From the human T2T-CHM13v2.0 reference genome, Homo sapiens, in the NCBI RefSeq assembly GCF_009914755.1, contig NC_060933.1: a stretch of 64,000 nt of DNA; one strand, written 5' to 3'. Shown here piece after piece: positions 57,953-64,000 of this stretch. Below the pieces are notes generated by a model. It had not been told where the DNA came from and did no database searches. It worked only from the letters and a program-made list of their open reading frames with translations. Each line of letters opens with the position of its first letter. Positions within the stretch are counted from its first letter, which is position 1. A program made the position numbers and the translations under genes.

Positions 57953-60900
57953 ACTCCCATTTTACAGATTAAGACATTGAATCCAATTGCACAGGTAGTA
58001 AGTCACATTGCAGGACTTGAAATTCATACACTTCAAGTCCATGCTCTTAAACACTACATTATGCAGAATTATGGGGCCTCCTACAAGATACCCCCTAGTC
58101 CGTTTGCTGAGTAATAAATTATTCTATCGTTTCCAAGAATGAAGCCTCTTTGGAATAGCACACATCCTTGAATTTATCTTGTTTGGTATTCCAGCTCCTT
58201 GGGAGGCCTCTAAATTCATATCTAATACAGACTTCTCTAGTCTCAGCTGGTTTGAGACACTGTGGATCGTAATGCTGAGAGTATGAAAACAAATGCCTTC
58301 TGCCCAAACCATCATCTTTCAATTACAAATCACTCTGTCAATTTGCAAGTGTTTTGGATGCGAACATCTTGCAGTCTGGCACTAGTTAGAGCTGAGAAGA
58401 AATTGAGAGAGGATACATGGGGAGAGGAAGAGATGAAAAGAAGAATGAATCAAGGATAGAGGAAGGAGAAAGACAATGGAATCGTCAATTTGAACAGATG
58501 TTTAGAACTCATCTAAGTCAGGGCCCTTTGTAGCATAGTTCCAGGGGCCCTGATCTCATGGATCTATGAATTGGAATCCAAGGAGTGGAATGGTGGCTCC
58601 TGGAGTTGTGAAATATCATGACACAAAGTCCAACTTTATTTATTTATTTATTTTTTTAGCAGTGGGTGAAACTAAGGTATATAGAATTTAAGTGGCTCCT
58701 CTAACAAGTGTCAGCAAAGTAATGGCAGAACTAAAACCTTTGACTTCTAATTCAGTGCTCTGTAGCATACAAAGGGTTAGGTATCCAAACATAAAAGAAA
58801 ACATGGAGGTATGGACAAAGAGTGATTTGCAGGTAAGGCAAAAGAGTTAAGACTTCAAAGAGGAAAAACAAGACGAAGAAGGAATAGAGATGAAGAGAGA
58901 TCAAGAAGATATCTACAAAAGAGAAAAGGAGGGATGGAGAACAAAAAGACAGGGGCAGAGAATCTGTAAAAAACAGAGAAAGTCAAAGATGATATAGTGC
59001 AGCACAAATTCAAACAAAATGAAAGAGAAAGACTGCCGAAATAAAAATGCAGGGTTAGATAACTGGTTAGTCGCTCTCCGATGAAAATATCTAATGCACC
59101 CCCCTTGCTGGTATGCATGAGGTCCTGGCCTCTTAATGAGTCCCCAGGCTTCCTATGACCAGGCCTGGCTGACCTCCCCCACAACTCATTCCGCTCAGCT
59201 TCCTGCCTCTAGGGGTGTCTTCTGCAGGGACTGTCCTGCTTCTCCACTCCACTCCTGGATATTGCTTGGTTCATTCCACCTAATCCTTTGCAATATCATC
59301 TATTTCAGGGAATCTTCCCATCCCCTCTTCCTACTGTCCACCCTCCAGTCCAGGCAGGGTTGTGAGACCCTCTTCTGGATCCCACAACAGCCCACAAACT
59401 CCCATTATATTATTTATCACAATGGACGGCTAATCTCTGTTTTAATGTTACCATTTTTCTCCCAACAGACTGTAGATTTCCTAGGGCCAGGAATTAGGTT
59501 GGATTCATCTTGTATCTCCAGCAATTACTGCAGGGTGAAAAATATACTGTTACACTCAATGCATGACTGATGAATGAATGAAGGGACAAACCACTCCTTC
59601 TCTCAGGAGTGACAAATTATGTCGACAACCACTGGGGGGTGCTCTTGGGTAACTCCAGCAATGGGCCTGGGGGAGCAGGCGGTGGAATTTCTCTGTTACA
59701 AACACCTCAGCAAAGCAGAGAAGGCAAAAGTGATACCAAACTGGAGAGATCCTTCTAGACTTCACCAGGTGAGGCTGAGAATGGAACAAAGCCTGCCCTA
59801 GTGGATGAAAGAATAAAATGAAAGTCAGAGAAAATGGACTCGAGTCTATGGAACTGGTTAGCTCTGTGGTCTGGGGGAGTCACTCATCACTGAAGGGCAG
59901 CAGTTCACTTGATTCACACAAGCCCAGGCGATGGCCATTATTATCCCCGGCCCTCACCTGCCGGGAATAGAAGGATGAATGAGCAAGACAGCGTTCTGTT
60001 CTATTGAGGAAAAAAAAAAGACCTTAATAGTACAGGAATGGGGTTATCTGGGATTCTTATTCTAATTGCCAACATTTATTGCATATTTTCTATGTCAAAC
60101 ATGATTCCGAGCACTAGCAATGCAGGTCTGAGCAAGTCACTGCCCCATGTTGCCCGTTCTCTAGAGGAGGAGGAGGAGGAGGAATAGAGACGTGCAAGAC
60201 TAACCACAATTTTAAGAAAGGAACGAGGGTTTGATGACAAAAGAGATATAGGTAACATGCCACCACAGTGACATTTGGTCTGAGGGATCAGGGAAAGCTT
60301 CAGAAAGGTGGTAACATTTTTCCCAACCAGACCTGCTGGGACATTTAGGTTTTATTAGACAGAGCTGAGTCAACATGATACTCTAGGCTGATGGAACAGC
60401 CCAGCAGATACTAGCAGGCGAAGATGCGCAGGGTGTGTTTGTGGAAGTGTGAGCAGAAGATGGAATGGAAGTAAAGGCTAGAGAGGTGGATTTGGCTAAT
60501 ATTAACAGCAGGCAGGATGCGCTGTCAGAACAGCAGAAGTGGCAATCGTTGGGGTGGAAGTGGCTGCAGCTACAGGGACCACAGTAGCAGCTGCTTTGAT
60601 GGTGCAGGGTGCCAAGAACTATACTAAGGGCTGTGTATACAATACCTCTTTCAATCCTAACTATCTACGTATCTATCTATATATTATATAAATACACATA
60701 CATATGTATATGCATGCATGTGTATATTTATGTATATGCATAGGAATGTCTATTTTATCAACATGTAGTTTTTATTTCCATTTCCTAAGTGAAGACCATG
60801 AGACACAGAGGGGTTAAATAACATATCCAAGGTGAGTAAGCAGCGAAGTCATGATCTACACCGAGGTCTGTAAATTTCCAGAGGCAATGCTTTTAAATGC

Positions 60901-61919
60901 TATACTACACCTCACCCACTGTCAGGCTAAGAAGTTGAGAATTTATCATGTAGGCCAAGAGGGAGACACCAAAGGTATCTAAGGGAATAACACAATCTAA
61001 CAAATGTTTTCAGAAGATGACTCTAGGGCCACTCCTGCCCCAACATCCTTGGGCGATCCCTGCCCTCCTATTTTTAATGGAGCCCCTTCTGGGGCAAGAA
61101 GGGGTGGACATGGTCCATTTGTAGCAGTCCCCAAATCTCCCAAAGGAGTCCAGGATGAGCCCAGCCCCTCTGACAAATGCTCCAGCCTCCCCTAGCCCCA
61201 GGGAGTGATTTATCAGCACAGCGTCAGCGCCTCTGCCCAGCAGCCTGTGATCCAAGGCTGGCGGCCCAGGCTGGGGTTTTTAATTAGCTGAGAGAGGGAA
61301 GAGTCAAGCCCTCTCAGATGGAAAGAAAGAGACACACCAAGAAGGCTCATAAATCCTGAACCAAGGACCCATCGACTAGAGTCTGGCAGTGGTGGGCAGA
61401 TGGAGGGGAAGGGGGAGGGGGAGGAGGAGGAGGGGGCAGGCTGATTGTCTTTTTGGCAATTTCATGGTCTCCCTTGTTTTCTGGTCCAGACACTACAGGG
61501 AGAATGGGAATTCAGACTACCTTTCACACAGGAAACCCTGGAGTACACCCTTTTCTAGTGTGACTTTGTGACCAGAAGTCAGAGAGCCTAATATTTAGCT
61601 CCATCTTTGCCACTGACCTTCTATATAATTTGAGGTAAAAATTACAACTTAAAAGCTTTCAGGCTTTGGAGTTAGACACAAGCTTAATTCTCTTTTCCAT
61701 GCTGTTTACTAAAACTGTGACTCAGTCAAGTTGCTTTTCCTCTCTGTGCCTCAGTTTTCTCATCCATCAAGTCAGGACAAGATCTCATATTGTAAGGGCT
61801 AAATGAGACAGCACAGGTAAATTACCTGTATTAAGAAGAGAGGTTCCTCCAGTCTCCTGAAGAGACCTTCAGCAGGCATCCCACCATTTAACTCCAGGGT
61901 CATTTCAGATCACAAGAAT

Positions 61920-62620
61920 CATACTGAAAGCCTGCTCCATAGGCCCTGGGGATACAGAGCTGAGTGAAGTAGTCTCTGCCCTTGCAGGCTTCACAGTCTG
62001 GTTGGAACAGACAATGAGATGGGCAGTTACAGAGAATATGAGAGAGAGCTGTGATTGGGGGTAGTAGTGAATTCCATGCTGGCATAAAGGAAGGGCACCT
62101 GCTGAGCTTCGTGGACACCTGGTAAGCACGCTGGAGTGGGGAATAGCTGAACTGATTTTTAAAGAACAAGATGTCACTGTTGAGGGTGAAAAGGCAAGAG
62201 AAGATTATCCCAGACAGAGGGGACTGCGTGATTAGAATAAGATGGAGCAGAATGCCTGGCACACTGTAGGTCTTCAAAATAATTTCTGTCGAATAAAGGA
62301 AGGAAAGAAGGAAGGAGAAAAAGAGGGGGGGATAGAAGAAGGGAGGGATTCATCTCATTGAAAGTTTGAGGGGCAGAGAGTTGAGATGACACTGGCTAAG
62401 TGATTTGAACTTTATTATAATGACAAGGAGAAACCATCAGAAGGTTTCAACAAAAAAGTGATGTTTTCAGACGTGTGTGGTAGAAAGGTCACTTTTGGAA
62501 GTTGGGATGAAGAGGACAAGAGTGGGGTGAAGGAGACCAGTTAGGAGGCTGTTACAATAATTCAGGTGAAAATGACACCAACTTGTCTAAGGCAGGGGCA
62601 GCGGGGGTGGAGGGAGAGAG
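61920..62620 (-). mobile_element. L2 fragment(s)
   Basis: ggccctggggatacagag...ggagaccagttaggaggctgttacaataattcaggtga. Confidence 0.6.
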
Positions 62621-63325
62621 CATCTCCTTTAATACAGGATGTAGTCACAGACCACACCTACCTACCTGCCTCATGTGGTCCAGCCCCATCACCATGACAA
62701 CAGCCTCTTTAACATCCCTGGCCATAAAGAGATAACAACTCTTACATCTGTTCCTGGAGGTCCTGCCTCTATATTTTTTTCCTTTCTTTTTCTTCTTTTT
62801 TCCCCTTTGATTGTATCTGATCCAGCCTTACTGGGTAATTGAGTGTTTGAGAGTGAAAAATTATCTCAGCAGCTTGGCCCTTATCTTGACAGTGAAGCAG
62901 CACTTTTAATTTAATTTTGTTCAGAGACGCATGGGTAACAAATTTCACTAATCGCCCGGCTGTTGCCCTCTGCATGGTAACGAGCCGTTTGTTACCAGGC
63001 AGCCCAGCATAAATACATGTGGGAGAGCAGGCAGGGGAGAGAGACAGAGGTTGGGAGGAAACAAGGGACAGACACAATCAATATGAACCAGGCTTGGGCT
63101 CTGCCATCAGGTGGAGAAACAGAGATGGAAGGCCAACTGCATTAGCACAGAGAGGAGTTTTGGCGCGAGACTCAATGGAGCTCCTGTCCTTGTTCTGTCT
63201 CCTATCTGGGTGAAGTTCTGAGCAAGTGATTTAAACTTTCCATATTTTAGGGTTCTTATCTGTGAGGTGAGGTGGGGATGTTCACAATCTCTACTTCTCT
63301 GGGTTGTTGTAAGAGTTAAATGAGG

Positions 63326-63730
<405 letters not shown>

Positions 63731-64000
63731 CTAAGGACCTTAAAGGAAAAAAAACCCTGGCCCTTCATCCAATGTTTGGATTTCTTTCAGAACATCCTCC
63801 ACAGGTTATTGTTCAAATTTTGCTTGCATTCATCTAATGATGGGGAACTCACTGTGGAAGCAGACAAGAACTCTGACACTCAGAATTGTCTTGCTTATGC
63901 TGACCTGTAATATGCACCCTTCAAGTCCCAGCCTATGTTAGCACAGCCCTGCCTTCTTGACTTCTGTAAAGAGTCAATGTGCACCCTCCTTCCCAGGTGA

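Noticed and set aside
61211-61231. RE1-like TCAGCACAGCGTCAGCGCC
   Set aside because: Spacing is one base short and the GGAC core is missing, so it is not called as a REST site.

Overview
Primate (almost certainly human) genomic DNA inside the very large neuronal gene ASTN2 (astrotactin-2), which is transcribed on the - strand. Only one host exon is present: 25647-25793, 147 nt, phase 1/1, encoding [49 protein letters not shown](G). The rest is intron dominated by interspersed repeats: a full-length ~6.0 kb L1PA2-type LINE-1 in sense orientation to ASTN2 (TSD, dead ORF1, ORF2 open for 805 aa, intact antisense ORF0), 14 Alu/FLAM copies, THE1/MLT1/MER74-type solo LTRs, MER1B and MER63-like DNA transposons, many MIR/L2 relics and several microsatellites. 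Nearly all ORFs in the supplied track are repeat-derived or spurious. The most interesting non-repeat signals are a 47-bp-arm inverted repeat (36229-36331) whose mismatches read as G-U wobbles mainly on the ASTN2 sense strand, a near-consensus REST/RE1 site (20877), several RFX X-boxes including a perfect palindrome (30268), perfect MEF2 sites, and a rare CpG-rich (GTAC)9 microsatellite. I found no evidence of a new protein-coding system. Repeat subfamily names and ASTN2 identity come from recalled consensus sequences, not from a database search, and repeat boundaries without a TSD are approximate.
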